DNA of 64,000 nucleotides from Candidatus Marinacidobacterales bacterium (GCA_965226495.1 OZ245365.1:2080001-2144000); one strand, 5' to 3'. Numbered from the stretch's first letter, positions 49,061 through 59,864 are shown. A program made the numbers and translations. Notes: a model not told the origin generated them from the sequence alone.

Positions 49061-49639
49061 ATGATTCGCGTCGTCTGTCCCGGCTGCAAGGCCAAGTACC
49101 GTTTCGACGAAGCTCGCCTGGGAGGTAAGTCCTCGGTGCGGGCCAAATGTCAGAAGTGCGGGGAGCCCATCGAGGTCTCCGCCGAAGCGCCGGTGCCCGA
49201 GGCCTCCGCCGGCGCTGCCCCTGCCCAGCGTGAGCCGACCGCCCGCAAGACCGCTCGGGTTCAGCGGATGCGCTCGGACATCGACGATCGGACGATGAAT
49301 CCGGCGCAGGCGCCGTCGGAATTGCTCGAGCTTCCGTCCGATCACAAGTACTCGCTAGCCGTTCTCCAGGGGAAGGCGAGCGGCGAAATCTTTCCCATCA
49401 ACAAGCCCCGCATGACCATGGGACGAGCCGACTGCGATATCGTGCTGGATGACCCGGAATGCTCGCGCGAGCATGCGGTCGTCGAGGTGTTGGGCTCTCG
49501 CGTTGTTATCCGCGACCTAGGGAGCACTAACGGCACATTCGTTGGCGGTAAGCGCATCGACGAAGACGAGCTCGAAAATCACAGCGAGTTCAGGGTCGGT
49601 GAGCACGTTCTCATGCTGATCATTACGAGTCTGGAGTAA
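49061..49639 (+). CDS. Zinc-ribbon + FHA domain protein
   Basis: CPGC...CQKC; [16 protein letters not shown]. Confidence 0.85.
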   Translation: MIRVVCPGCKAKYRFDEARLGGKSSVRAKCQKCGEPIEVSAEAPVPEASAGAAPAQREPTARKTARVQRMRSDIDDRTMNPAQAPSELLELPSDHKYSLAVLQGKASGEIFPINKPRMTMGRADCDIVLDDPECSREHAVVEVLGSRVVIRDLGSTNGTFVGGKRIDEDELENHSEFRVGEHVLMLIITSLE

Positions 49640-49653
49640 ATGCCATCGAGACA

Positions 49654-50745
49654 TTGAACGAGTCCCTGACAGGCCTGACGGGGCCTGTCGTTGTTGCCCT
49701 CAGTGGCGGTGTGGACAGCTCGGTGGCGGCACTTCTGCTGAAACGGGCTGGAGCCTCGCCAATAGGTCTCTCGATGCAGCTCTACGATCAGCGGGAAGCC
49801 GTCTCCGGTCGTAGCTGCTGCGCATTGGATGATCTTTATGACGCGAGGCGAGTAGCGTCAATCCTAGGCATCCCGTACTACGTGATGAGAATGGAGAAGG
49901 CATTTGTCGAGCGGGTTATTGATCCCTTCGTCTCGGATTACCTCGCGGGGCGGACTCCCTCACCGTGCGTTCTCTGTAATAGTTACCTGAAGTTTGACGA
50001 GCTCGTTACGCGCGCCCGGCAGCTCGGTGGGGGGCCAGTGGCCACCGGGCACTATGCGCGCCGCGATTTGGACGAAGCGACGGGGCGCCACCGCCTCCTC
50101 AAGGGGGTCGACGGCACCAAGGATCAATCTTATTTTTTGTTCGGGTTGAGCCAGGAACAGTTGGCCAACGCGGTGTTTCCCCTCGGGGAGTTGACCAAGC
50201 CCGCGGTCAGGGCGCTTGCCGCCGAGGCGGGGTTACCGGTTGCTTCCAAAAACGAGAGCATGGACATTTGTTTCGTCCCAGATGGGAACTACCAGGGCTT
50301 CGTGGAGCGTCGAGCCGAGCCGGTGGCAGTGGGGGGGGCCATCGTCGACCAAGCGGGGCAGGAGCTGGGGCGCCACGATGGTGTTCATCGATACACGGTT
50401 GGGCAGCGGCGTGGACTCGGGCTGAGCGCCAGCGAGCCACTCTACGTGATCGACCTGCAGCCTGAAGCGAAGCAGGTGGTTGTCGGGCCGCGCGCCGCTT
50501 TGGACAAAAACCGTCTCGTAGCCGAGCGAGTGAACTGGATGTCACGCGCGGAGCCAACGGGCCGGATTCGTTGTCGAGTGAAGATCCGGTCTCGTCACCA
50601 AGAAGCCCCGGCGTCACTGGAGCCTCGGGAGGATGGCTCGGTTCAAGTCGATTTCGATGCCCCGCAGCGAGCGATTACGTCAGGACAGGCGGCAGTTTTC
50701 TATGAAGACGATGTCGTACTTGGTGGGGGATGGATCGACGCCTGA
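49654..50745 (+). CDS. mnmA: tRNA 2-thiouridylase
   Basis: [45 protein letters not shown]. Confidence 0.96.
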   Translation: MNESLTGLTGPVVVALSGGVDSSVAALLLKRAGASPIGLSMQLYDQREAVSGRSCCALDDLYDARRVASILGIPYYVMRMEKAFVERVIDPFVSDYLAGRTPSPCVLCNSYLKFDELVTRARQLGGGPVATGHYARRDLDEATGRHRLLKGVDGTKDQSYFLFGLSQEQLANAVFPLGELTKPAVRALAAEAGLPVASKNESMDICFVPDGNYQGFVERRAEPVAVGGAIVDQAGQELGRHDGVHRYTVGQRRGLGLSASEPLYVIDLQPEAKQVVVGPRAALDKNRLVAERVNWMSRAEPTGRIRCRVKIRSRHQEAPASLEPREDGSVQVDFDAPQRAITSGQAAVFYEDDVVLGGGWIDA

Positions 50746-50916
50746 CTACCTTCTTCATAGGTAGCACCTCGGTATATTGGCGTCCCGCAGGAGCGGCCAA
50801 TGCGCCTCGCGAGGTTGATAGTAGCAACCACCTGTTTTGGCGCTCATATAGCGATCCGACGAGCGCCTGACTAGCTCCACAGCAGCGACCCCGTGAAGCG
50901 ACGGCCGCAGGTCCTC

Positions 50917-51684
50917 CTACGTCGCCTCCTGTCGTAGTTTTTCCAACGCGATCCGAGCTGCTTTGAGTTCGGCCTTCTTTTTCGTCGAGCCGGACGTCGT
51001 CGCAAGTTTTCGATCTCCCACGAGCAAGTCGACATGGAAGGTCTTGCGGTGCTCGGGTCCTTTCACTTTGATGATCACGTATTGGGCCGGCGGTAGGTTT
51101 TGGGCCTGGAGATGCTCCTGAAGCGTGGTTTTGGGATCCTCGACCGTGACACCTTTACCTTGCACCTCGGTGAAAAGGGGAGCGTAGAGTGGTTCCACGA
51201 ATGCACGTGCCGCGTCGATGCCGGCATCAAGATAAATAGCCGCCACCACCGCCTCCAATGCATTCGCCCGCAACGCTTGCTTTTGCCTCCCTCCCGTTTT
51301 TTCTTCACCCTTGCCGAGCCGGAGGTATTTGGCGAGGTCGAGGTTCAAGGCCAGCTTGGAAAGGGCCACCGCGCTCACCAGATAGGCCTTGATCTTGGAC
51401 TTGTGACCTTCGTCGAGTCCGGGAAAACGATCGTAAATGATGTCGGTGATGAGGAAACCGAGAATGGAGTCTCCCAAGAACTCTAGGGACTCGTTGTCTG
51501 CGGAGCCTTCTCCGGCTTCGTGAGCGAAGGACTTGTGGGTCAATGCTTTTTCCAGCAGAGTTGGATCTTCAAAAGCATGCCCCAACGTTTCTTGGAGCTC
51601 CGCCAGGTCGGAGCTCGAGTTGGAGTTGCTCCAACTCGTCGGCTCTACAGACATTGGCCCTCGATTCGAACGTTGGGCAGGCAT
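50917..51684 (-). CDS. rnc: Ribonuclease III
   Basis: NESLEFLGDS, C-terminal dsRBD (DPKTTLQE, KKKAE..AA). Confidence 0.95.
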   Translation of the reverse strand: MPAQRSNRGPMSVEPTSWSNSNSSSDLAELQETLGHAFEDPTLLEKALTHKSFAHEAGEGSADNESLEFLGDSILGFLITDIIYDRFPGLDEGHKSKIKAYLVSAVALSKLALNLDLAKYLRLGKGEEKTGGRQKQALRANALEAVVAAIYLDAGIDAARAFVEPLYAPLFTEVQGKGVTVEDPKTTLQEHLQAQNLPPAQYVIIKVKGPEHRKTFHVDLLVGDRKLATTSGSTKKKAELKAARIALEKLRQEAT

Positions 51685-51750
51685 CTCGATCCGCGACTCC
51701 GGGCACCAACAATGGGGAAGGTACCGGCAGTCAATGGATGGGCGATCATC

Positions 51751-53793
51751 CTAGGAGACCCGCACCAGCACCATGGTCATGTCGTCATGTTGGTCTTCGC
51801 CTTCTGCGAAGGCGAAGACCTCGTCGATGATCTTTTCCCGGAGCTCCTCGGGGGCTAGGCCGGAGTGGCGCTCTATGATTTCGCGCAGCCGCGACTCGCC
51901 GAACAAGTCGGCTTGAGGATTCATGGCCTCCGAGACACCGTCGGTGAAGAACAAAAAGAGGTCTCCCGAACACAGGGCGACCGATTCTTCGGTAAGAATC
52001 TCCTCGAATCGAGTCCCGCGATCGAGCGCGAGCCCGAGGCCCTCGGGCGCCAAAACGCGAGTCTCGTTCCCGATGAACGTGAGTTGCAATATTGGATTGT
52101 GGCCGGCGCGCGCATAGGTCATCTTCTTTGCATCCATGTCGATGACCGCATAGACCATCGTGATGAAGCTGCGGCTGTCAAGGTTGGCGGCCAATATCTT
52201 GTTGGCTTCCACGAGCAACTTTCGCGGTGAGTCGTAGATCTGGCTCAACGACAGTACCAAACCCTTGAGCTCGGCCATATACAGAGCGGCGGAAGTCCCT
52301 TTGCCCGAGACGTCGGCAATGAGCAGCGCCATCCGGTTCCCATCTAAGGAAATGAAGTCGTAGTAATCACCACCGACCTCGGTGGCGGGGAGACAAAGGG
52401 CGGCGATGGTCAGTCCCGGTATCTTGACCGCGTCCTTGGGTAGCAGACTCATCTGGATTTGGCGCGCGATGCGTAGTTCCTCTTCCATGCGCTCTTTCTC
52501 GGCCGATTGCCTCAGAAGATCCTGAATGCTGGTTGTCATCAGGTTGAAAGATTCCGCCAACTCTCCGAGTTGGTCACGAGAGCGTACCTGAACCTTGTAG
52601 CTGAAATCGCCCTGGCGCGCGTGTTCGGTTCCTTTGCTGAGAGCGTGGATAGAGCCCGTGATCGAACGCGCCAGTAGGAGGCCGACGAATATCGCCAAGA
52701 CTTCGATGGCGAGGAACAAGCCGGCTAGGATCCCCAGCAGTACGAGGATAGCGCGGCCTAGCTCGAGTGCATTGGTCGCTATCACACGATAGATATTCAT
52801 GAGCGAGAACCGAATCAGGATGATTCCCAGCGGCTCGGGGTCGGCTTGTACCGCGTCTTGCGGTGCCCACTGCCGAGCTTCGACCAGGGCGGCCCATCTC
52901 AGAGAGTAGGGCGAGTCGCCGGAGGACGAGGTGAGGACATTCAGGTTGGACCGAGCGGATCCGGTTCCCACTTGGACCCCTCCGTTATCGTCGGTGACGG
53001 CGCTTAGAACCTGTTGAGCTTCGAGGCCGGTTTCTTGTTCGATGTGTCGGAGCGCGGAAGCGAGGGGGATGGTGACCACGACTCGAAAGGCCGCCCCGTC
53101 TTTTGGAGGCTTGGAGAAACCGGCCACGAGGTATTGTTTCTCGACCTGCAATAGCCCCTCGTAACCCTGGCTGGCCCAATCAGGTAAATCTTGGCCCGGA
53201 GGCAGGAGATCGGGCATTTGGTCGATGACGACCCTGCGCTTGGAACCGGGGCCGCCAACATATGCGGCCGACGCGCCGGGGTAATTGGAGCTCAGATTAG
53301 ACAGACACTCCCTGAGGATGCGCTCGATCTCGACTGTGGGAAGCCCACCTTGTTTCGTGTTCAGCAAATCGGCGACCGCGAGGTCGGCGGCTTGAGCGGC
53401 TTCCGCCTCGGTCTTTTGCAGCGAGGCGGTAAGGATGTAGGAGCTGACCTGGCCGAAGACGAGGTAGGCGCTCAGCAGGAAAAAGAAAAGAATGAGCACC
53501 GTGGGGACCATCCCGATGAGCAGATAAGAAATGATGAGCTTCCGACGGATGCGCCACAGAAGCTTGGAGCGAAGAGCCAAGACGCCTCGTACGAGGAATC
53601 CGATGATGAAGATGGCTAGACCCACGTCGACGACGCCATCGATGAAGGGTGGCAAAAGGCCAAGTGGCCTCAGAAGTCGGAGGGCGACCAGCGCTAGGAA
53701 GACCTTGCCCAGCCGGGTGCGAAAGAGGAATCGGAACGGCTGGCGAGACATTAGGGGGCTGGCGGAGCCAGAAGTCAGTTGTTTGGAGGCCAT
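51751..53793 (-). CDS. Membrane HAMP + PP2C/SpoIIE phosphatase
   Basis: TMs, HAMP (DQLGELAESFN), VGGDYYD, ADVSGKG, FTDGVSE, DDMT. Confidence 0.9.
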   Translation of the reverse strand: MASKQLTSGSASPLMSRQPFRFLFRTRLGKVFLALVALRLLRPLGLLPPFIDGVVDVGLAIFIIGFLVRGVLALRSKLLWRIRRKLIISYLLIGMVPTVLILFFFLLSAYLVFGQVSSYILTASLQKTEAEAAQAADLAVADLLNTKQGGLPTVEIERILRECLSNLSSNYPGASAAYVGGPGSKRRVVIDQMPDLLPPGQDLPDWASQGYEGLLQVEKQYLVAGFSKPPKDGAAFRVVVTIPLASALRHIEQETGLEAQQVLSAVTDDNGGVQVGTGSARSNLNVLTSSSGDSPYSLRWAALVEARQWAPQDAVQADPEPLGIILIRFSLMNIYRVIATNALELGRAILVLLGILAGLFLAIEVLAIFVGLLLARSITGSIHALSKGTEHARQGDFSYKVQVRSRDQLGELAESFNLMTTSIQDLLRQSAEKERMEEELRIARQIQMSLLPKDAVKIPGLTIAALCLPATEVGGDYYDFISLDGNRMALLIADVSGKGTSAALYMAELKGLVLSLSQIYDSPRKLLVEANKILAANLDSRSFITMVYAVIDMDAKKMTYARAGHNPILQLTFIGNETRVLAPEGLGLALDRGTRFEEILTEESVALCSGDLFLFFTDGVSEAMNPQADLFGESRLREIIERHSGLAPEELREKIIDEVFAFAEGEDQHDDMTMVLVRVS

Positions 53794-54059
53794 AGATGAA
53801 CTAGGTCGTGCGAGTTAGGGGGTCCCCTCGTCCCGAAATATAGCACAGGGCCCGCTGACTCGGTCGCATGATGGCATCCACCTGGCTTGCGTACCCTCTT
53901 GAATCGAGCCGAAAGCCCGCTGGCTCCGTCGGGCTGAGCAACCCACCGGCTTGCGTGGCCCGAAGCGTTTAGAACCGCCGCTGGCTCACTGGCGTGATCG
54001 CACCCGCCAACTTGACGTTCATGGGCACGCTTGGTTATCCTCGAGCAGAGCATCTTCAT

Positions 54060-54812
54060 ATGAGCCGCTTGTTGATAATCGCCGTTTCGTGCCTTTTTGC
54101 GTTCGTCATCCAAGCGGGCATTTTCTCGGAGCCCTCGACCGCGGCAGGTCAGGAAGGGGAGGAGGCCTCGAGCGCGGAACCCGAGCTCATTCTGGAAGGC
54201 ATCATCGTCGCGTCCGAACCCTCGAATGCCGTGGCCCTGGTTCGTCGTCCGGAGTCGACCTTCGCGCGCGCCGTGAAAGTAGGTGAGAAAGTATACGGCT
54301 TCGAGCTCATCGAGGTTTCCGATGGAGCGGTCCGATTCAAACAAGGGGACGCCGTCATCCGGCTGACGCTCGCCGGACAATGGCAGCGGTCCAATACATC
54401 CGTCATCGTCGATGCGAATCCCGCCGAAGAAATCGAAACGCCCGACGCGCCTGACGCAGGAAGCGGGCAAGCCCCGGAATTATCGGCAGAGATGAAGAGG
54501 CAGCTGCGGCGGTCTCTACTGGAAGAGAGGCTTTCCCGTGAAATACCCGCCATCCTGACCAAGACCGGCCTCACGCCACGGGTCGAGGAAGGTGTGGTCA
54601 CCGGCTTTCGTATCACGCGACTTCCCAAGGGGACCGTCCTGGACGAGGCAGGGATTCGTACCGGCGATGTTCTCTTGAGTATCAACGAGATTTCCCTCAA
54701 TAGTCCTTATGCTCTGATGGAGCTCTACCCTCGTCTCCAGGAGGCAGATGAAATCCGCGTCCTTTTGGAACGTGACGAGGAAATAATGACCCTCATCTAT
54801 AGTTTTGATTGA
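54060..54812 (+). CDS. GspC-like protein with PDZ domain
   Basis: N-terminal anchor, L.LEGII...A.V, GFRITRL...AGIRTGDVLLSIN. Confidence 0.65.
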   Translation: MSRLLIIAVSCLFAFVIQAGIFSEPSTAAGQEGEEASSAEPELILEGIIVASEPSNAVALVRRPESTFARAVKVGEKVYGFELIEVSDGAVRFKQGDAVIRLTLAGQWQRSNTSVIVDANPAEEIETPDAPDAGSGQAPELSAEMKRQLRRSLLEERLSREIPAILTKTGLTPRVEEGVVTGFRITRLPKGTVLDEAGIRTGDVLLSINEISLNSPYALMELYPRLQEADEIRVLLERDEEIMTLIYSFD

Positions 54813-54833
54813 CGAAACCACGGGCATGACTTT

Positions 54834-55997
54834 TCAGGGCGATTCGCCCTGGGGAATCTGCGGGGCGAGCTGTCGAAAAATCGTGGGTGCCAGTGTCGCC
54901 GTCACGGCTGCGAGCAGAATGACGATGGCCCGATCTTGGCCAGTCAGAAGACCGAGCTCCACACCCAAGGTAGCCACGGCAATGATGAGGCTAAGTCGTG
55001 CCGACAGAAGAGTCCCCGCCGCCAGCGCCTCTCGCAAGGAAAAGCCGCGAAACATCAGGAAGAGTGACGGGATCATCTTCACGAGGATGGCTCCGAATAG
55101 CACAGAGAGAGCTTGGAGGAACACTTTTGGATCGAGGAGGATGTCGACTTCGAATCGGATTCCGATGTTGATGAAAAAGATGGGAATTAGGAATCCATAG
55201 GAGAACCCGTTCAGCTGATGCTCCAGTGAGCCACGGTTTCGAAACACCATGGCGAACACGGTGCCGGCCAGGAAGGCACCTAAGATCGGCTCCACATCCA
55301 ACGCCATCGAGAGTCCGACGAAGGCGAGCATGAGAGCCAGACAGGCCCGGATTCCCAGCTCTTCGGGATCGTCTGAGCTGAAGAGTCTTCGGAAACGCTC
55401 CGGATACCACCAGACAGCTAGCCGCAGGCTGCGTAGGACGATCACGATCGCGAGGAAGAGGGCGGGAATCTTGAGCAGGTTCAGGCTGGCGCCGTGCTCA
55501 TGGACTACTGCGAGGAACGCAACGCCCAGCAGCGTCAGAAAATCCGCCAAAATCGCCGCGAGTAGAATCGTTTGGCCGAGCGCGGTCGAGGCGCGGCGCG
55601 TATTCCGAAGGGTGGGGACCACTAGACCAACGGAGGTCGTCGCCAAGACCATGGTCATGAACAACCCATAGCCAAGCCTTTGCGTGACCATATGGGAAAC
55701 GAGCAACGTCAGCGCGAACATGGCTAAGCCCGTCCCGATTTGAGAAATACCTCGCTCGTTCAGCTTGCGGAAGTCGATCTCGAACCCCGCAAGAAACATC
55801 AGCAGGAAGAGTCCTAGCTGGGCGAACAAATCGAGGATCTCCGAGCCCTGGATCAGATCGATGACCGCGGGCCCGGCCACGATCCCGAATAGGATCTCCA
55901 ATACGACCGCGGGAACACGCAAGTGTCCGGCGACTAGCGGCAGGATGAAGACGGCAGCCGCAATTAGGATGAGCGACGTGGCTTGCGCTTGTTCCAT
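54834..55997 (-). CDS. CPA2 family cation:proton antiporter
   Basis: LLMFLAGFE.D, TTSVGLVVP, EPILGAFLAG, IPIFFI..G. Confidence 0.88.
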   Translation of the reverse strand: MEQAQATSLILIAAAVFILPLVAGHLRVPAVVLEILFGIVAGPAVIDLIQGSEILDLFAQLGLFLLMFLAGFEIDFRKLNERGISQIGTGLAMFALTLLVSHMVTQRLGYGLFMTMVLATTSVGLVVPTLRNTRRASTALGQTILLAAILADFLTLLGVAFLAVVHEHGASLNLLKIPALFLAIVIVLRSLRLAVWWYPERFRRLFSSDDPEELGIRACLALMLAFVGLSMALDVEPILGAFLAGTVFAMVFRNRGSLEHQLNGFSYGFLIPIFFINIGIRFEVDILLDPKVFLQALSVLFGAILVKMIPSLFLMFRGFSLREALAAGTLLSARLSLIIAVATLGVELGLLTGQDRAIVILLAAVTATLAPTIFRQLAPQIPQGESP

Positions 55998-56299
55998 TTT
56001 CGGGATCTGACCTCGAGCCTCTAGGATTCTATCGTAGTAGGCGGTCGGCGGGGAGTTGCGCTCCCAAAAAAAGGCGCCGGAGTTGAACCGCGCTTGGAGT
56101 CGGGTTTGAGGAGGGCCAGCCTTATTGGCTCTCACCCCGGACCGTGGTGAATCCCCGGCGCACTTTTAGCATAGGCGTCGGGAAGTTCCCCTCACCTCTG
56201 TTGGGGTTCGCCTACGCGCCTCAACGAGCATCGGAGCGACAAAGCCCGTAAAGCCAGTTTTGCCAACGGTTTTTGTGACGGAATGAAAAGCCTATATCG

Positions 56300-56315
56300 A
56301 GGCACACATCTTGCT
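56300..56315 (+). promoter_or_regulatory. Putative sigma54 (-24/-12) promoter
   Basis: AGGCACACATCTTGCT: GG-N10-GC spacing with GGCAC and TTGC, 56 nt before ATG 56372. Confidence 0.55.
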
Positions 56316-56371
56316 ATCTATAAGCGGAGGCTAGCCACCCACCCCGGCGCGCCTTCGGTGGAAAAAAAGCT

Positions 56372-58339
56372 ATGACTGCGTCCAAATCGGCGGATCCCGC
56401 TACCACTCAGGCTTCCCTGGCAAAGGCCCTGGGGAAGCGCTACGACATCCTAGAGAAGCTAGGTGCCGGCGCGATTGCCGAAGTCTACAAGGCGCACGAC
56501 ACCGCGCTCGACCGCACGGTTGCGGTCAAGGTCTTCACCCTCGAGACTCTAGCCTACCCCGAGAATATGGACAATCTGAAGGAGCGCTTCATTCGGGAGG
56601 CCCAGGTTGCGGCTCAGCTGCATCATCCCAACATCGTTACGACATACGACATCGTTTCCACGGAAGAAGTGAACGTTCTGGTCATGGAGTTCGTGAAGGG
56701 AGTAACGCTCCAGTCGGTTATGGCTTCGAAGAAACTGAGTCTCTCCGAGACGGCGCAGATGCTGACTCAAGTGGCCTCAGCGCTCGACTACGCCCACGGC
56801 CAGAAAGTTGTCCACCGGGACGTGAAACCGGCCAATATCTTGGTTGCCTCCTCCGGGCAGGTAAAGGTGGCGGATTTTGGGATCGCCAAGGCCGAAAACT
56901 CTACCAACCTGACTGCAGACGGAGGTGTGCTGGGAACACCCGACTACATGTCTCCGGAGCAGGCTCAGGGGTGGGAGCTGGACGGCCGATCCGATCTTTT
57001 TTCCCTCGCCTGCATCGTCTACGAGTGTCTGGCCGGTGAGAAGCCGTTCCAGGCTAGCACCTTGACCGCGCTCTTGTTGAAAATCGTTAACGAGCCGCCG
57101 CCTCCAATCGATTTGGAGGCCTGGCGTTTGCCACCGGAGGTTCAGGCTGTCATAGACCGGGCTCTGGATAAAGAACCCAAGAAGCGGTTCTCTACCGGCA
57201 GCGAACTCCTGGACGCTCTCACGTCACTCGTGACGCTCGAAGAACAAAAGGTCGATGGGCTCGAGGAAACCGTAGTAGGCGAGAGGGAGCTCCGTGAGGC
57301 CATGCGAAGTGTCGAGGATTCTGTGGCCGACACTCTGATGAAGGAGGCTCGACGCACGACCAAGATCGAGCCCCATCTGAAAGCGCTCTATAGGGATGAT
57401 CGTAAGCTGCGAGTCGTATCTTCTCCGATGCTGAGTTTCCAGAACGTAGCGCTAACGCCAGAAGAAGCCTTCATCCTTTCTCGCGTCGACGGTACCGTCA
57501 CCCCTGCCGACATCTTCAAGCTGAGCTCGCTGTCCGAGGAAGAGACCGCCCGAAGTCTGCTTGGACTCTTACGCTCCGGCATCGTGGAGCTCGAGAGCGG
57601 CGAGAAGGGTCGCGAGGCCGCCAAGATGGCTCAGCCTGCGCGCTCTCAGACGAAGTCTCTTGGGGCGCCCTCCGTTGATGAGCAACGTCAAGAGATCGAG
57701 CAATTGTTCGACCAATTTCAGCACGACGATGATTGGCGGATTCTCGGCATTACTCCTGGTGACGATTACCAAACGATGAAGCGTGCCTTCCAAAAAAAGA
57801 CGTTTCGCTACCACCCGGACCGCTTCCACCGCATCAAGGATCCGACCCTGCAAAAGAAGATCTCCTTCGTTTTCGCGCGGGTGGGTGAAGCCTTCGCGAA
57901 GCTCTCCAACGTCGTGGAAAAACGACCCCCAAAGACAACCCCCAATCAGAGCACCGCACCGGCCTCGGAAGGTGCGGATACACAACCGCGTGAGGACGCT
58001 GGCAAGCGCGCGCGGCAACTCTTTCAGCTCGCGAAACGAGCGTATGACAAGACGGACTTCTGGGAAACCATTCAGTTCTGTCGGGAGGCTATCGAGCTCG
58101 TCAACGATAACGCCGAGTGTTTTTATCTCTTGGGACGGGCATTGGCCCGCAATCGGAGTTGGCGGAAAGAGGCCGAGGAGAATCTACGGATCGCGAGCAG
58201 TCTCGACCCGACGAACGTCGACTACTTCTTGACGCTCGGGGAGTTCTACCGGCGCGAGGGGCTCGCATCGAGAGCTAAGAAAATGTTCGAACAGGCAAAG
58301 GCCATCAACCCTGACTGCGAAATTCCAGAAGAAGGCTAG
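56372..58339 (+). CDS. Soluble Ser/Thr kinase fused to a J-domain and TPRs
   Basis: HRDVKPAN, DFG, GTPDYMSPEQ; WRILGI......MKRAF......YHPDRF; C-terminal TPRs; no TM. Confidence 0.88.
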   Translation: MTASKSADPATTQASLAKALGKRYDILEKLGAGAIAEVYKAHDTALDRTVAVKVFTLETLAYPENMDNLKERFIREAQVAAQLHHPNIVTTYDIVSTEEVNVLVMEFVKGVTLQSVMASKKLSLSETAQMLTQVASALDYAHGQKVVHRDVKPANILVASSGQVKVADFGIAKAENSTNLTADGGVLGTPDYMSPEQAQGWELDGRSDLFSLACIVYECLAGEKPFQASTLTALLLKIVNEPPPPIDLEAWRLPPEVQAVIDRALDKEPKKRFSTGSELLDALTSLVTLEEQKVDGLEETVVGERELREAMRSVEDSVADTLMKEARRTTKIEPHLKALYRDDRKLRVVSSPMLSFQNVALTPEEAFILSRVDGTVTPADIFKLSSLSEEETARSLLGLLRSGIVELESGEKGREAAKMAQPARSQTKSLGAPSVDEQRQEIEQLFDQFQHDDDWRILGITPGDDYQTMKRAFQKKTFRYHPDRFHRIKDPTLQKKISFVFARVGEAFAKLSNVVEKRPPKTTPNQSTAPASEGADTQPREDAGKRARQLFQLAKRAYDKTDFWETIQFCREAIELVNDNAECFYLLGRALARNRSWRKEAEENLRIASSLDPTNVDYFLTLGEFYRREGLASRAKKMFEQAKAINPDCEIPEEG

Positions 58340-58347
58340 GGCTTTTC

Positions 58348-58905
58348 ATGAAAACAGTACTCAGTCTAATCGGTGAGTTCGGCGCGTTGAACGACGCCAA
58401 GATGCGCACCGGTGGCAGCTTGCCGCCGGAGGACGAAAAACGTTGGGCGGAGCTCCAAGCGTTTTACGAGGTTTTGATGGCTCAGACCGGGCTCGACCTG
58501 GACCGAGAGGCTGCTCCGATTACGGCGGACGACATTCGAGAGCAGCTTGCGGATCGCGAGCGAATCAGGGTGCCGGTCGAGGTGCCGGTCGTTTTCCAAG
58601 AAGGCAAACAGCACCACAGTGGCAAGGTCGTGAATCTGAGCCGGGGCGGCATATTCATCGCGTCGGAGCATCTATCAGAGGTAGGCTCCCACCTCACGGT
58701 CTACATACCCCAGATTGGGAGCACCTCGGAGGAAGTATTGGAGATCGAGAGCGAGGTCATATGGGTGACCAAGCGGGGGGTCCCCGAAATCGAGCTTCCC
58801 CGTGGGATGGGGGTTCAGTTCACCGAATACCCGACCAATGCGCAGGAGAAGCTGGATTCGTTCGTCATCGAGACGATCGCGAGAAAACTATCCAGTCTTT
58901 GGTAG
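58348..58905 (+). CDS. PilZ domain protein
   Basis: RERIR (RxxxR), NLSRGG (D/NxSxxG), GMGVQF. Confidence 0.85.
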   Translation: MKTVLSLIGEFGALNDAKMRTGGSLPPEDEKRWAELQAFYEVLMAQTGLDLDREAAPITADDIREQLADRERIRVPVEVPVVFQEGKQHHSGKVVNLSRGGIFIASEHLSEVGSHLTVYIPQIGSTSEEVLEIESEVIWVTKRGVPEIELPRGMGVQFTEYPTNAQEKLDSFVIETIARKLSSLW

Positions 58906-58920
58906 TCGACTTCGGCGTTC

Positions 58921-59817
58921 TCACGCCTTGCTCTCCGCTTCTTGCACCCACCGCCGATCTAGGTCCCCTTCCTTCCAGAACTCGACAAACCGCCGATAGT
59001 TGATCCGGGCACGGTCGCCGTCACTCAGCTTTTCTCGAATCTGGCCGAGCCTGTAGAAACTCCTAACGTAGAGAATCGGCCAATCGACGTGAAGGGAGAA
59101 GCTCGTGACGATGCCCTCGAACCCGTCCGCTGCCGCCCCGAAGTCCCCAGCCTCGAGGTCGCAGGATGCTCTTGAGTACCAGACCGGCACATGGAGGCTC
59201 TGGCTCGGAATCTCCGTGGTTTGCGTGGGAAGGGCCGCCTCGGCCCGTTGAAAGTCCTCCCTCGCTTCTGAGCGGTGGCCGTCCGTCAAGGCAAGCTCCC
59301 CCTTCAGAAGGTGGAAACGCGCCATTTCCGAGTTGAGTCCGGTGGCGCCCGAGCGGAGTCGAAGTTCCTCCGCTGTCTGCTCAGCGTCGCTCGATTCGCC
59401 CAGCTTCGCTTTGGCCAGTCCCAGATAGAAGAGCGCTTCCTGGTGGGGGAGAGTTGCCTCCGTCATCGCAGCAAGGCGCGCTTGCTCGAGTGCTTCCTTC
59501 GGCCGGCCGGTTTCGAGGAGCACATGCGCGGCGGTCGCCCGTGCCGACGAGCAGAGCGCATCCGAGTCGGGGTAAGCCTGGGCGGCCTGCTCGAGTAGGG
59601 ACAGCGACGCGGCGCCTTCGCCGCGGTAGAGCCGCGTCACGGACTGATTGACCAACCCTAGCCAATTCCAGAAACGCTCGGAGGATTCCGCCATTTTCCC
59701 AGAAGCCACCGCCGCTCCGTGCCAGTCCTCGCTGAGAATCGATTTGACCCATTTCTTGAGGGTGAGCTCGTGGAGGAGAGACGTGAAATCCAGTGAGGAA
59801 GGCTGCTTGCTATCCAT
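58921..59817 (-). CDS. TPR-like helical repeat protein
   Basis: Ala/Leu-rich repeats; YRLGQI.E..GD...A...YRRF...WK.GD. Confidence 0.7.
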   Translation of the reverse strand: MDSKQPSSLDFTSLLHELTLKKWVKSILSEDWHGAAVASGKMAESSERFWNWLGLVNQSVTRLYRGEGAASLSLLEQAAQAYPDSDALCSSARATAAHVLLETGRPKEALEQARLAAMTEATLPHQEALFYLGLAKAKLGESSDAEQTAEELRLRSGATGLNSEMARFHLLKGELALTDGHRSEAREDFQRAEAALPTQTTEIPSQSLHVPVWYSRASCDLEAGDFGAAADGFEGIVTSFSLHVDWPILYVRSFYRLGQIREKLSDGDRARINYRRFVEFWKEGDLDRRWVQEAESKA

Positions 59818-59864
59818 TGGGTAAAGTACCGCGAGACCTCATGCTCTCGGGTCTTGCGAAGCTG

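Noticed and set aside
53800-54059. Possible c-di-GMP riboswitch upstream of the gspC-like gene
   Set aside because: The GCACAGGGC word is present but the GGCAAAC...GAAA...GACGCAAAGC core is absent.
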